DNA of 63,159 bases, the filler included, from Vannella sp. (lineage: Eukaryota): NCBI GenBank assembly GCA_023345925.1. It is 6 parts of 6 records of this genome, joined end to end, with 100 filler letters (N's around TTAATTAATTAA, not from the genome) between each part and the next. Parts side by side here need not be neighbours in the genome. Positions count along the whole stretch, not along the records: positions 1 to 13,561 come from JAJQQN010000742.1; positions 13,662 to 22,262 come from JAJQQN010000307.1; positions 22,363 to 33,574 come from JAJQQN010000467.1; 3 more parts are not named here. The stretch is one strand, 5' to 3'. The notes under the pieces are model-generated. The model was not told the DNA's origin and ran no database searches. It was given only the letters and a program-made list of their open reading frames with translations. The first letter of the stretch is position 1, and the number at the start of each line of letters is the position of its first letter. Position numbers and translations under genes: made by a program. Shown here one piece after another: positions 11,001 to 23,260 of this stretch.

Positions 11001-13561
11001 TGATTCGTTTGCTTCGCTTTCCAAAAGCTCGAGAGGAGCTTGAGCCTGATCAGCCAAAGGGAGTGCATTCCTGTAAAGCAATCCTCAGTGAGTGTTGTCG
11101 GTGGTTGAGCTTTATCCCCACTCCAGGATCAAATGCAACAAGTGAGCCGCAGAATTTCCTTCCTTTCTTGCGAAACCAGGTGCCTTTGATCGCAAAAGAG
11201 CTTTTGGCATTGCCAGAATCTATTCAAGCGCTCCGGACTGTCATTGGTAATCTCTTGTCACTCTATCGCTCATTTCTCACTGCAAATTTACTTCACCCTC
11301 CCAATGAGCAGCAGCTTGTTTCTTTGTTGGTTCGCCTTACTCATTGCATCTGTCCAGTAAATGAGGCTGGGGAGGTCTTTGATCAATTTTTGAGTTCCTC
11401 AAAGACCTCGAGTTTGACTTTGAATCTCGTTCGCGAGAGCTCTGCATTCCTGGAGGACTTTTTTGCTCAATCATTGAATTCCTCCAACTCTCTCCTTTCC
11501 GAGGAGGAGATGAATGTTTCCCTTTTGATCGTCGCAAATACCCTGGAAAGCGTTCTTTCCGAGCCTTTAGGACTCGGGATTCGCATTAGTGACTTCCCAT
11601 TTGCAGCACTCGTTCGCCTTCTGGTGACTACCCCCAACTCGGAAGTAGAAAAGATTCTCCTCAGAGTATTGGTGAAGCTTTCCAGTTTAGAAACTAGCCC
11701 ACAGCAGTTTAGTGAGAGCGACTTTTCTGTTGCAGCAATTTGCGATTGGGTGAACCGAAACCTGGCCATCTCCGCTGGACCGCAAGGCTCTTTGGATTGC
11801 GTTATTTCAGGTCTAGGCTCAATAGCATGCGTTTATCCTGCTTTGGTGAATCCAATCTTCCCCTCCCTTTTAGAATCTCTACCATCAGTGGCAACTTTAC
11901 CACCTCAGCAGCTCACTGGCTTCCTCGAGTTCTTGAAGGAGATTGCGACGGATCCCAACCATCTATATTCTCTCCTCTCTCAGATTCTTACGAAGGAGGG
12001 CAGAATTTTGGTCGGGCTTGAAAACCGCCCCGCCATGCTACAGTTTGTCAAAAACACTCTGACTGAGTTACATGGAGGTGGTGATTGTGGTACCAATGGA
12101 GAAAAGGGGTACTTGGACCAGCACTGGTACTATTGCTACACTTGTGAACTTACTTATGATCGGGGTGTTTGTGCTGCTTGTTTGTCTCTCTGCCATCGGA
12201 ATCACGAAATCTCCTATGCACGTTTCAGCAAGTTCAAATGTGACTGCGTTGCGGAGCGTTGCAATAACAAGGCAAAGCGTGGCGGGATGAACCTGAAATT
12301 CAGTGCGACTGAATTGGAGCATCTGGAATCACTCTTGACTGATTATCTGAACCAGTTGCTCGAAGAACCAGTCAGTACTTTGGCAGTTACGGCTGTTCAA
12401 GCAGACTTCTCGAGAATATTCTGTGAGAAAGGAGGGCGCCTGAAGGGGCAGAGACTTTTGCAAATGAGTGTTTCTGCAGACGGTGACCTCAGCTTGCAGT
12501 TTAATGGAGACAGTGCAGATGCACGAACTGCAACTCAATCGTATCGATCTGGTGCCGTGAAGCGCCAATTGTTGGCTGTATCTGTAGAAGGGTTTGTAGC
12601 CGTTGGGGATGACGCCTCTCTTGAGATCGGGGCACTACCAGAAGCCTTTAATCCTCGACCAACGGAACTCTTAGATACGCCTGAGTCACTAGCTTTTGCA
12701 CCTTTGCAGTCCGTCGAAATGCGCCAAGTAACTCATCTTGCTTTCCACCCAATCCATGGCACATTGCTGGCTGTAGGAAGCCCTTCTCAAGTGTGCTTGG
12801 TCATCCTTGATGAGACTGGGGGAGTGAGTAAACGAGACTTTATTATTGAGTTACCCGCCCCCACACGCGAGGAGAAGTCTTCCCTACTTCTTGAAATGCA
12901 CTGGCTCCCCGGAACTGAACCTCACCTTTTGCTGCTGACTAGTCATTTTCTCTTAATTTATGATGTCATGAGTGACCTTCACAGCCCAAAGCATCTCTTC
13001 CTAGGACCTACACAGGACTTGCAGAGTGTTGCTATCATGCTGGGCGAAATAACAAAGCTCCTCGTTCTGACAAGAAACTCCAAGCTCTTTGTCCAGCCTC
13101 TTCATGACCAACTACCCCCCAATGGCGAGCATACTTTGACTCATGCTATTGATATCCCAGGTGCCAGAGACGGTTTATCTGTTCACTGGTTGTCCTCCTT
13201 AGAGGCAGTTTTGGTATCTTTCAGGGATGGTAGGAGCTTCATTGGCAGATTGAATTCAGATCAAACCGTGTTTACTCTGTCTGCTCCATTGGAAGCTAGT
13301 TCTCGTTCTTGGCTCTCGTGGGATGACCAACCCGGCCTTTTAGTGGGTTTACCATCAAAGATAGGCAAACCCTTGAAAGCCTGGAAAATCACTGAAGAAA
13401 ACCTCCTCATCCAGTCACTTTCTGTTTTGCCGGAAGCCTTCTGTGCTCTCCCCTTTTCTCCACAAAAAGGAGAACCTCGCCTCTTGGTACTTCTCAATGA
13501 TTCTACTTTCCGTTGCTTTTCGCTTTGCTCCTCATGTGATAGAACGCTTGTGGAAGAGATT
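8081..13561 (+). CDS. UBR4: UBR4/BIG/Pushover-like giant E3 ligase, N-terminal part (3' end truncated at contig end)
   Basis: Long helical region, then UBR-box Zn finger QHWYYCYTCELTYDRGVCAACLSLCHRNHEISYARFSKFKCDC, then a beta-propeller-like region (RQLLAVS, LAFHP, HWLPG, IYD). The ORF runs into the N linker. Confidence 0.8.
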
Positions 13562-13661
13562 NNNNNNNNNNNNNNNNNNNNNNNNNNNNNNNNNNNNNNN
13601 NNNNNTTAATTAATTAANNNNNNNNNNNNNNNNNNNNNNNNNNNNNNNNNNNNNNNNNNNN
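13562..13661. other. Artificial contig linker (44 N + TTAATTAATTAA + 44 N)
   Basis: Same 100-nt spacer with six-frame stops occurs five times in the window. Confidence 0.98.
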
Positions 13662-14947
13662 ACCAAGTCAAGCGCTATCTTGGCACGCTCAAGGACACAG
13701 GGCTCTTCCAGAACCTCCTGGATCTTCCTTGGTTCGTTGGTGCAGAGCAAGGCAGCGACATCTGAGAGGAGCTCAAGGTCTTTGGGGTTGATCCTCCTCA
13801 CATTGGCGAACTGAAGGGCGTGGGACTCACTCGACTTGAGGAGCTTGGAGATGTTGGATTGTAACTCCAATCGGTACGCCGCTACATCTGGTAGGGTGTC
13901 GTCATGAGCTTGTTTGGTTCTCTTCTCGATACGGACAGAGTGTGGTGTGTCGGTACAGCGCGTTAGGGACTCATCATAAGTCAGTTGGACTCGTTCGATG
14001 AAGGAGAGAGAGAGGCGTGTAGAGAAGCCAACTCCTTGTGTGAAGGATGTGGCTAGGTTATCAATCTTTGCCAAAGTGCCCACACGGTGGACCACGGGAT
14101 CAGCAGGATCGAAGGTTTTGCGGCAGAAGACTGCCAGGTACTCCCCTCCTCTCTTTTGGTACTCCAGCAGGGTAATTGCTGTGTGATTGGGGATGGTAAC
14201 GGCCAGAGAGGCTCCTGGGAGGTTGGGGAATGCCAAAGGAAGCATCAGCACGGGAGAGGGAACCACCCCGCCGGGGAGAAGGCTCTCCGGTACCTCCCTC
14301 GTCTCCAGGATGGGCAAGCCAACGGGCTGGTTTGGAGGCGGCACAGTCTTCTTCTTCCTCGCACCTGCGATGAGGCTGAGCAGGCGGGGGGTCTTTGCAA
14401 GCTCACGGAGGAAAGCGCTGCTTGGAGGGACGACCACGACTTCATCTTTGGCCTTCTTTTCCTGATCGTTCCTGACAGGAGGCTCTTCCTTAGTGTCGGA
14501 GTGGTCTTTGGTATCCTCTGAGGAAGCTTCTATCCCATTCACCAAGTTCGAGAGCTCTTGTAGAAGGGAGTTGTCCAGTTGAACGACAAAGATCCCATCA
14601 GAATGGACATCTCCGTCTTGAACCTCCTTATCCTTATCCTCTGGACTCGGTGACTCATCACTGTCATCGTCGTTCTGCTTACACAGATAACGTTGCTAGA
14701 CGTAAATCAGCAAAGAATTAGAGGTAGCTTACTGGTTAAGCTTACCTGAGGGACTAGGAGTGCAGCTTGTATCGATCGCCCACCTAAATGAGGAAAGCAA
14801 GCTCCCTGAACTTCTATGAGACTTGAGGACTTAAGTTCAAGCTCGTTAGCTTACCAGGCATGTCCAATTCATCAGATTCGCCCTACTTCCCACTAGATTC
14901 AGCCTCATCTGGTGTCGCAGAGGGCCACCTAACGAGGAGCGCCACAT
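13662..14947 (-). CDS. LONP1: Mitochondrial Lon protease, N-terminal substrate-binding domain (3' end truncated)
   Basis: Arg/Ser-rich presequence MWRSSLGGPLRHQMRL, two introns, then Lon-N motifs PLAFPNLPG, HRVGTLAKI, LSDVAALL...IQEVLEE...ERAKIALDL. The AAA and protease domains are not in the window. Confidence 0.75.
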
Positions 14948-15229
14948 CGCTTTCCAGGAGTGGGTGAAATGTCTTCGTTTTCCTTTTCCTTTCACTTTCA
15001 TAAGACGAACCTATTGATATAGCTGCATATTTCTTTTTCAAGATGCTCGCGTTCCATCGCAAGACTCGCTTGCAAAGAGGGGGTTTTTTTAATTTTTTTT
15101 TTTGGTCTTTCCTCTCGAATTGGCTCTGGTGGAGTTTCTTCCTCAGAGGAGAGTTGGGTCGACAGGCATTACTGTCGATCACTGAGTGTACTACTTCTCC
15201 TGGCAGTGGAGAGGGAAAGGGTCGAGGAT

Positions 15230-18200
15230 TTAGTGATCTTTCATGATGACTTTGCGGAGGCCATCGAGAATGTAGCCGTTAGAGCGGAATTGTTTGCTCT
15301 CAAAGAAGCTGTGGAGTGAGACTATGTCGAGTTCAAGTGACTTGGTTTCCAATTGACCCAAAGGAATCTCCACTCGGTCAGAGGAGCGCACGCCATGACG
15401 GGATTGTTGGTGCTCCTTCTCGTCCTTCATGAGCTGTTGCAGCAGGTGCAACACCAGATCATTAGAGTCCTTCGCTTGAGTGATGTACTTGCTAAAGCGC
15501 TACAGTCCCACACAGTGAGGGGAGGGGGAGAAAAGGAGAATAAGTGCCTTACAGCTCGCAGTACTTTGGCTGTAGACAGCTTCTGGGACTGTATGAAGCT
15601 TCCAACGATGACGGAGATGGCCATATTCACGTCATCCTCTCTAACATAGGAGCGTAAGTGCATACGAGCGTGAGACTCTGCAATTCGAAGAATAGATTCG
15701 AGATGGCGCACTCCCATCGGCAATCCACCTCCCCGCTAACTCAAATAAGCCACCTTGAGCGACATACGAAGCCTCTCGTACCCTGGAGATCTTCCGGAGC
15801 TCGCCATACACCTTGGCGATTCGGTCCCTGTCGATGTTGTGGAGCTTTGGCGTGCAATACTGCTTCGCATAGAGTATATACTTGCGTAGCATATCCTGGG
15901 GAATGTACTAGACACGAAGAAGTGAGTGCGTGGTGCTTCCTGTAGTGACGACGAGAATGTACCTCTTCTGATGTCTTCTTCTTGCGGGCAGATTCGGCAT
16001 TAAGAAGGCTCATGAGCTCCTCATCAGGATCAGGATGGCTTCTAATATGGCTGTCAACGACGAAGGAGGCCAATTGCTCGTCTTGAACGGGGTCAACCAA
16101 GTCACGAACGGTGCACAGAATATCAAAGCGGGAAAGAATGGGCTCTGTCAGGTCCACGTTCTGTGCAAAGGTGAGGGACTGATCATATCGTCCTCGCACA
16201 GGGTTGGCAGCAGCAATAATGGCACACCGGGCTTGCAAAGAAGTGACAATTCCGGCCTTGGAAATGGAAATACTTTGCTGTTCCATGGCTTCGTGGATGC
16301 TCGTGCGGTCTTGGTCGTTCATCTTGTCAAACTCATCAATAAGGCACACTCCTTTGTCGGCTAACACCAAGGCGCCACCCTCGAGGGTCCATTCTTTGGT
16401 AGTGGGGTCTTTGCGAACCGCCGCGGTGAGACCAACAGCAGAGGCTCCTTGGCCTGTGGTATAGACTGTTCGATTGCCAGTCTTCTCAACGTACTTGAGG
16501 AATTGAGATTTGGCCGTGCCGGGGTCTCCCATCAACAGTACATTGATGTCACCTCGGATACGATGATGAGTTTGCTTGTGGCCGCTTTCATTCTGGTTTT
16601 TGCCGTTGTTGCGACCAAGCTATCAACGTAAAGAGTGAGATAAAACTAGATGAGATGCCACAGCAACGTACCTCCTTGCAGTTACCGCCAAAAAGCGAGA
16701 GAGCCAAAGCAGTCTTAATGTCTTGGTGCCCGTAGATGGAGGGGGCGATAGAGCGGATGAGTTTCTCGCCAATGCGTTCGTCTTGTGACATCTTTCTGAT
16801 CTCTTTGATGTCACTGTCACTCAGGCGGAAGTTACTGAGCAGATCTTCTTTCTTCATAATGTGGTTGGCTTCAACTACGGTGGCAAACACCGGGAACCCT
16901 TGGTTTCTATTGAGCCGCAAGTCATAGTTATGACGGAAGATACCAGTGACCTCCACCTCTTCACCAGGACGGACTAAATCGATCAAGTCTCCCAACAGGA
17001 TGACTTCCTTTGTTCGAGGAAGACGGCCTGCAGGCACACTTCCAGGACTCTCCTGCAAGGATAGTCGTTGATAGTTATGGTAGATGGTCTTGATTAGACC
17101 CCCGTCAGGCGGTGCAGGACAGAGGAGGGCGAGAAGTAAAACTTACTTCCTGAGTATTGAGAATGAATGGTCCTTTGGATTGGCACTGAGGACAGGACCC
17201 AGTAGGCCTCATTTCTCGATGAAGTGATTGCTTAAAGGGACCTAATAGGGTTTGACACTGCCCCAATCACTTAACATCACAGAAACTCAAGTCACTTGCA
17301 GAAACTCACCTTCGCACAGTTGTACTTGGCCAGCGAGAGTTGCGGGAACACAGCCGTACGTCGAGTAACTACACCACACACACGAATGAGGACGTTCAGG
17401 TGGACCTGGCGCAGGTCTCGAAGACTGATTTCCGGCAACCCGACCACTCTCGCTCGCATTTCTTTCGTCACGTTGCGATAGTAAGGGAACTGAGATAGTG
17501 CAACTGCCATGCAAACATCGTCGAAGATCTCTAGCATCTCTGTTGGAGCATCGGCAAGACACAGAGCGAGATAAGGATAGGCGCTCTTGAGGTCTGCATA
17601 GTCTACCACAATACTCTGCTTGTTGTGCAGGCAGGCCTCTTCCACACGAGAGACGTATACAGCATTGCCTTTCACATCTTCAAAGGAGGTCAGGAAGCTC
17701 TTGAACTGCCGGCTGATCTGCTTTCTGATGCGGTCGAGGACGAGCCACTCCCTCAATGGCACTTTTCTCTTGCTCAGATCGATGTCCTCCCCATCGTCTT
17801 CACTTCCTATGTCACTCTAGTGGTATGTTAGAGAGCGCAGGAGCTAAGAGGAGCGGGGAACGTACCATCACTTCGTCCTGGTCACTCAAGTCTCCCCAAA
17901 GGGCTGAATCTTCGGTGTCAGGCATGCTCACGTCTTCATTTTTGCGTTGCTTCTTTGAGACAGGAAAGAGGGCCTCGTCATCCTCTTCACTGTCCTCCTC
18001 GTCACTGGAAAGCATCGCTAAAGCGATCCGATTGCCCGTTCCACTTGCTTTCTCAGCCAACAGCTTCCCTGAGAGTCCGAGCTGTTAGGAGCAGTTCGCT
18101 GGAGCGTATATACACTCACTTTGATCGCGTACACGCTGCTTTTGCAGCTGCCGATCGACTTTTCGTCTGGTTGCGGCGTCCATTGGTTGTACATCCTTTC

Positions 18201-18538
18201 ATAGAGATATGAGGGCAGGTTTGGCGCAATAGAAAGCTTGTGAAACGTACCGAATCATCCACGTCTTCAGCCTCGTACGTGTCGAGCTCAGGATCGAGAG
18301 TATAGTCTTGTTCGATGTCGCTCCCGTACAAGTCCTCTCCCTCTGGCTCCTCGTCATTTTGAGTGTCTCCAAAGTACTCCGCAAGGATGTCGTCGACACC
18401 TTCGTCATCATCATCACCAGGCTTTGGTCCCTGGGCAGCCCTCCTAAGTTTCTCTTCCTCCTCCTTCTTCTTGGCCAACGCCTTGTTCTTCTGCTCCTGA
18501 GAGGAGACTTGGCGTGTCTTCCTTCTACTTGGGTCCAT
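15230..18538 (-). CDS. MCM2: DNA replication licensing factor MCM2, multi-exon
   Basis: MCM2-type N-terminus [14 protein letters not shown]...[20 protein letters not shown]; Walker [43 protein letters not shown]. Confidence 0.95.
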
Positions 18539-18595
18539 GTTCGGTCTTCTTCAGGTCCCAACTGAAAGAAAATGAACCCAAACCAACCCTTCTCC

Positions 18596-18626
18596 TTTTC
18601 CCGCCCTTTTCCGCTTTTGGCGGGAG
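18596..18626. promoter_or_regulatory. Two E2F-like sites upstream of MCM2
   Basis: TTTTCCCGCC (18596-18605) and TTTTGGCGGGAG (18615-18626), about 60-90 nt upstream of the MCM2 ATG. Confidence 0.55.
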
Positions 18627-18801
18627 TTTGGGCTTCCTTTCTTGACACCCTTTTGATGGTCAGTTTAATGCAAAGAGCAGGTTGCCAATTGAATGGGTTC
18701 CATACTAATCACTAGAAACATAACCAGTTGCAACCTAACAGGTACACTTCATTGTATCACTTTTTGCGAAGTGACTTTATATTGCTTTCTGCAAGAGTGA
18801 G

Positions 18802-21800
18802 TTATACCGTGGTAGCTGTCAAAGGCCTTTCCAAGTAATCATTCAATTTGTAGCGCTTCCATCGGATGTGCACTTCCACAATCAGCGCAGAAAGGGCAAC
18901 AATGAGGCCCGCTCCGGCTACCATTCCAAGAGAGACCCAAGCAAGAGTGTTGCCTTTGTTCGATTGGCAATTGCTTTCTCTGTTCCCGGTCAAGAGAAGT
19001 GCAAAGTTGGTGAGATGTTCCGTTTGGCCACACAGAAGACTCCCTGTTCCATTGTTGGTCGTCCCCTTGGAGATGGTGGTAAGGCACTCGTCCTCACACC
19101 TCCACTTACGCTTCATCTCATCATAGAAGGAGAGAAAAACGCTATCCTTCTTCGTATTGGCGGAAAGGGGCAAGCAGATGGTTAAGGGCGAGTCTAATTG
19201 GGTGATGGAGTTGCCTTGGCCATCCAAAAGAGTGATGTTCAGGACTGTACTGGCCAGCGCTTGCTGGTCTGTGGAGTTGATGATCTCGTTTGGTGTGTAG
19301 GAAGTGATTAAAGTCGCATTGGCTACCAAACTGGGCGGGACAAACAAACTCCCTACTGCCTCCTCTCCTGGAGGGCCAGGGATCTCTACCAACCCATTTA
19401 GGGAGAGGTTAGCATTGATTTCAGTGACGAACATTGCTTGACTGGCAGAGGGAGAGAAAAGAGAGCTGGGAAATACAGACAGCAACGGGGAGCTGCTGAC
19501 TATATCACTTGGTTTCTCCACAATCAGACTAGATGGAGAACGGCTGCTTGTTACACTCTCATCCAACAACAGAGACCGCGTTGAAGAAAAGCTAGATAAA
19601 CTGCTGGTGGTGATTTCTGGGCTCATTGTCTCACTCTCGCTGGCACTTGCAGAGGCTTTTTCACTGGCATCTGATGACGAACTTAACATGGCAGAAGAGG
19701 ATAGATTCACAACGTTGCTTTCGCTTGGGGTAGAACTCAGGACACTTTGCGAAGGAGAAGTGGATTCTTCCACACTTTGAGAGGAAGAAAGGGAAGAGGA
19801 TCCTGTTATCCTTCCACGATCATCAATTGAGACTGACGTAGTTCCAGATGGTGATCCAATCTCACTGGGAGAGGCAGAAGATAACAAGGATGACCCGCTT
19901 CCACTGCCAGAGAAGGTCACAGATTCAGTTCCACTCTGCGAATCGCTTTGACTCGTGGAGGCTGTAAGAGAAAGTGATTTGGATTCAAAAAGCGATATTG
20001 AGGTTGATGCTGATACACTCTCACTCCCACTGCCGCTTTGGGAGAATGTTGCCGATCCGATGACGTGCTGGGATGCACTGAAGATTGGAGAGAGCGAAGG
20101 GGAGCCTGTCAATGTTGCACTGGCGCTCCGACTGAGGGAACCAGAAGGAGACAGAGATTTTGAAGGAGGAAGTGATTCTGACCTTCTCTTGCTTGATGAA
20201 AGAGAGGAGGATGGAGATGCCGTACATGTTTCAGTTTCAGAGGCACTTGCACTAATTGAATTGGAGGGAGAGGGTGACAACGTAGAAGTTTCAGAGGCAC
20301 TTGCGCTATAAGAATTCGAGGGAGAAGCTGAATCAGATCCACTTCCACTTCTGGAAAAGGTAACTGATACTGAAACACTGCGGCTCGAACTGGGAGTAGA
20401 GGTTTTGCACGCCCCCATAGTTTGATCGCAGTTCTTATCAACGAGTTTCATATAACCAGCTAGGGGAGCAGAACAGTTGAATATTTGATTACTGATCTCG
20501 AGGCTATAATTATTATTATTGGGACGGGGATATGGCAGTTCTCCACAGAGCTTATTGCTTCCTCCCAGATTAGCATAACCCAGGTCTTTCAATGCTTCCC
20601 AGTGTGGCAGAGTTCCTGTGATTGAGTTGTTGAACAGGTCCCTAGAGGCGATGAGTGATCTACAGCCAAAGGGAGGCCCCTTTTGCCTCCTTCATGAAGG
20701 GACTACTATAGTGCACTCACAGTTTGTTCAGTATCTCAAGATTGGACCAGTTTGGGAGAGTGCCTGAGATTTGATTTTGAGATAAATTCCTACAGCCCCA
20801 GCATGAGTTGCAGACAGAATTTCCTCCGTTAGCGAATGCCCACATTGAAAAAAGCCTTTTCAGACTCTCCCATTCAGGGAGACTGCCGTTGACTAAATTC
20901 TCCTCTAAAAACCTGTGAATACCTCGTGATGAGTGATCTCGTTGTCATCCTCCTTTTGTTCTACTACTGCCACTCTGCATCTTTAGTTCAGGAATTACGT
21001 ACATTGAGACCAAAGCGGAAAGATTATGCCATGCAGGGAGAGAACCGTCAATCTGATTTTTCTTAATGTCCCTTCACTCATTGAATTGGTAACCTTTGCA
21101 ATACAATGGTGAATTCACTCACAAAGACTTGAGCTTCCTGAAGTTCGGCCATTCAGGAAGTCTTCCAGTTAGGAGATTCCTGTTGAGGGACCTCCAGTGT
21201 TTCAATCGCAGATGAGCCTTTGATACAAAAATCGCTTCTGTGCGGGTGGACTTACAATTGCTCAAGATCTGTAAGGTTGAGCCACTGCGGGAGAGTCCCA
21301 TTGATGAGGTTATCATACAGATTCCTAAGAAGATGAGTATGGAAATGGTGACAGAGACCGTTTTGGTCATTAGAATGTGAAGTTGCTCACATTTCTTTCA
21401 AACGAGACAGATGGTGCCATTCTGGAAGTGGCCCAATTATCTTGTTATTGTTCAAATCACTGAATGATTGTATCTGATGAGTGATGACCACTGCCTAGGG
21501 TTGTCACTGCTTGGAGAAGCTTGTCAACTTACAGACTTTCGAGACTCTTCAGCGCTGGCCATTCTGGAATGGACCCTGTGATCTGGTTTCCATTCATGAA
21601 CCTACAATCTCTTTGAGAAGATGTCTGCACGCGAAGCCTTCTCTCCTTACATGGTTTTGAGATTGGGAAGTTGAAGATCCGTAAGTGGACCTGCCAAGTT
21701 GTTGTTACTCAGATGGATTCCTACAACTGTCGTGTTATGATCACACGTAACACCGTGCCAGGCGTCTGTGCAAGGATCCCCGTCAGGGTTTGTCACGTTC

Positions 21801-21943
21801 CAGTTGGTTGTTTTGTTCCAGGAAGAACCGACAGTAGCATTGTAAAGCTGAATCAGTGAGGCCCTCTCCTCCATAGGAAGAGCGCTATCAACTCCAGGAG
21901 TCAATACAAACAGGAGAAGCAGACTCAAGCCCCAAGCGCCCAT
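18802..21943 (-). CDS. Type I membrane protein: signal peptide, LRRNT, LRRs, Ser/Thr-rich stalk, GPS-like motif, one TM
   Basis: MGAWGLSLLLLFV signal; ERASLIQLYNAT...W...DPCTDAWHGVTC cap; 23-aa LRRs on 69-nt exons; Ser-rich stalk; WRCEDEC...CGQTEHLTNFALLL; TM LAWVSLGMVAGAGLIVALSALIV. Confidence 0.85.
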
Positions 21944-22262
21944 CAACCAGCAGACGGGCAAGCAAGAAAAAGGCGAACGGGTTGACCCGTTTGTGTTTAT
22001 AAATTCCTTGTGGCAAGAGCTCAGCAAAAATGTTACTAGAGCTACCATGCAGGCTTCGAGAAAAGTCACGAGCGGCGAGGGCATTTCCCCTCATTTGGGT
22101 CCTTTGGAGCACCCAAAAGAGAGTTCGTCTTGGTAATTTCAACATGCGAGGAATCGGCTTCCGTGGGTGTCCAGAGATTCCCTTCACCTCTCAAAGTTCT
22201 CCATTGAACGACGATTTTGGCAGCGATGAAAACAACTATCGAGATGCAACGACTGTCACGAT

Positions 22263-22362
22263 NNNNNNNNNNNNNNNNNNNNNNNNNNNNNNNNNNNNNN
22301 NNNNNNTTAATTAATTAANNNNNNNNNNNNNNNNNNNNNNNNNNNNNNNNNNNNNNNNNNNN
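22263..22362. other. Artificial contig linker
   Basis: 44 N + TTAATTAATTAA + 44 N. Confidence 0.98.
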
Positions 22363-22529
22363 GTTCGCATCCCCAGTCCACCTGAACCGGCTGCGGGCCC
22401 TTCCATGAGACCTCTGCTGCAGAATGGTGCAGATAGCATTCCCGAAGAACCAATGAGAGACGACACTAAAGCGACCGATAGAGAGAGAGAGAGGAGGGTT
22501 CGATCATTTCACCTTCCCTCTTGGAGAGG

Positions 22530-23207
22530 ATGAGCGCGAGCAACAAGAAGATCTTTGGTGCGTTGTGGGTGGTATGGTGGCTGATGGATGGTGGCTGATG
22601 GGTGAATAGTGTTAGTAGAGAGCTTGGGTGAGGGAAGAGGTTGACAAAGAGGGCAGAATTGCGGCTCTTGGGGCTTGCTTGTGCTTGGGAATGACTTTGG
22701 ACATCCTTGCTTGCGCCCTTCCTGGAGAGAACTGGTGGCCCATGTTCCAAGGTTCGTGTAGAAGGTAATCCATCCTAACACTCACCCTTGCCAGTCATCT
22801 TCATTGTTCTGGCTCCCATTCCCGCTGTCGGGGGTCTCGCTCTGTCTCCCAAGAGTAGCGGAGCCAACGACTTCTTCGTTGGCGTAGCCTCTCCTAACAC
22901 GTGAGAAGCAAAGGCTTTCCAGACCCCTCCTCCTCACTCAGGGCCAGGTTCTTCATCGATCTCGGTCTGTTCCTCAGTTCCGGTTTGGTTCTCAGCGGCT
23001 TTGTGTTGCCACTGGTGCTTTGGCATGCACACGTCATCTCTACCACAGCTGTGATCCTCTCCTTGTGTGGTAGCGCCATTCTCTACGCCTCTGTCAGCGT
23101 AGGATGAGCCCTTTTGGAGCCTTCGCCCTCTAACGGGATGGGGAGGGCAGGCTTACGTCTTCTTCTTCATTGTGAAGAAGCCTAAGCAACCAGAGATGCT
23201 CTATTAA
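22530..23207 (+). CDS. VPS55: Vps55 / LEPROT (OB-RGRP) family small membrane protein, multi-exon
   Basis: Spliced peptide ...LGMTLDILACALPGENWWPMFQ..IFIVLAPIP...FLSSGLVLSGFVLPLVLWHAHVI... The start codon is approximate. Confidence 0.8.
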
Positions 23208-23260
23208 GGTGGGGTTCTTTATGGCGGTTCTATTTACAACTTGGAATACAACTTAAACGT

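Noticed and set aside
15230..18538. Fragmented ORFs as pseudogenes, frameshifts or an alternative genetic code
   Set aside because: The breaks I examined are explained by short GT-AG introns under the standard code.
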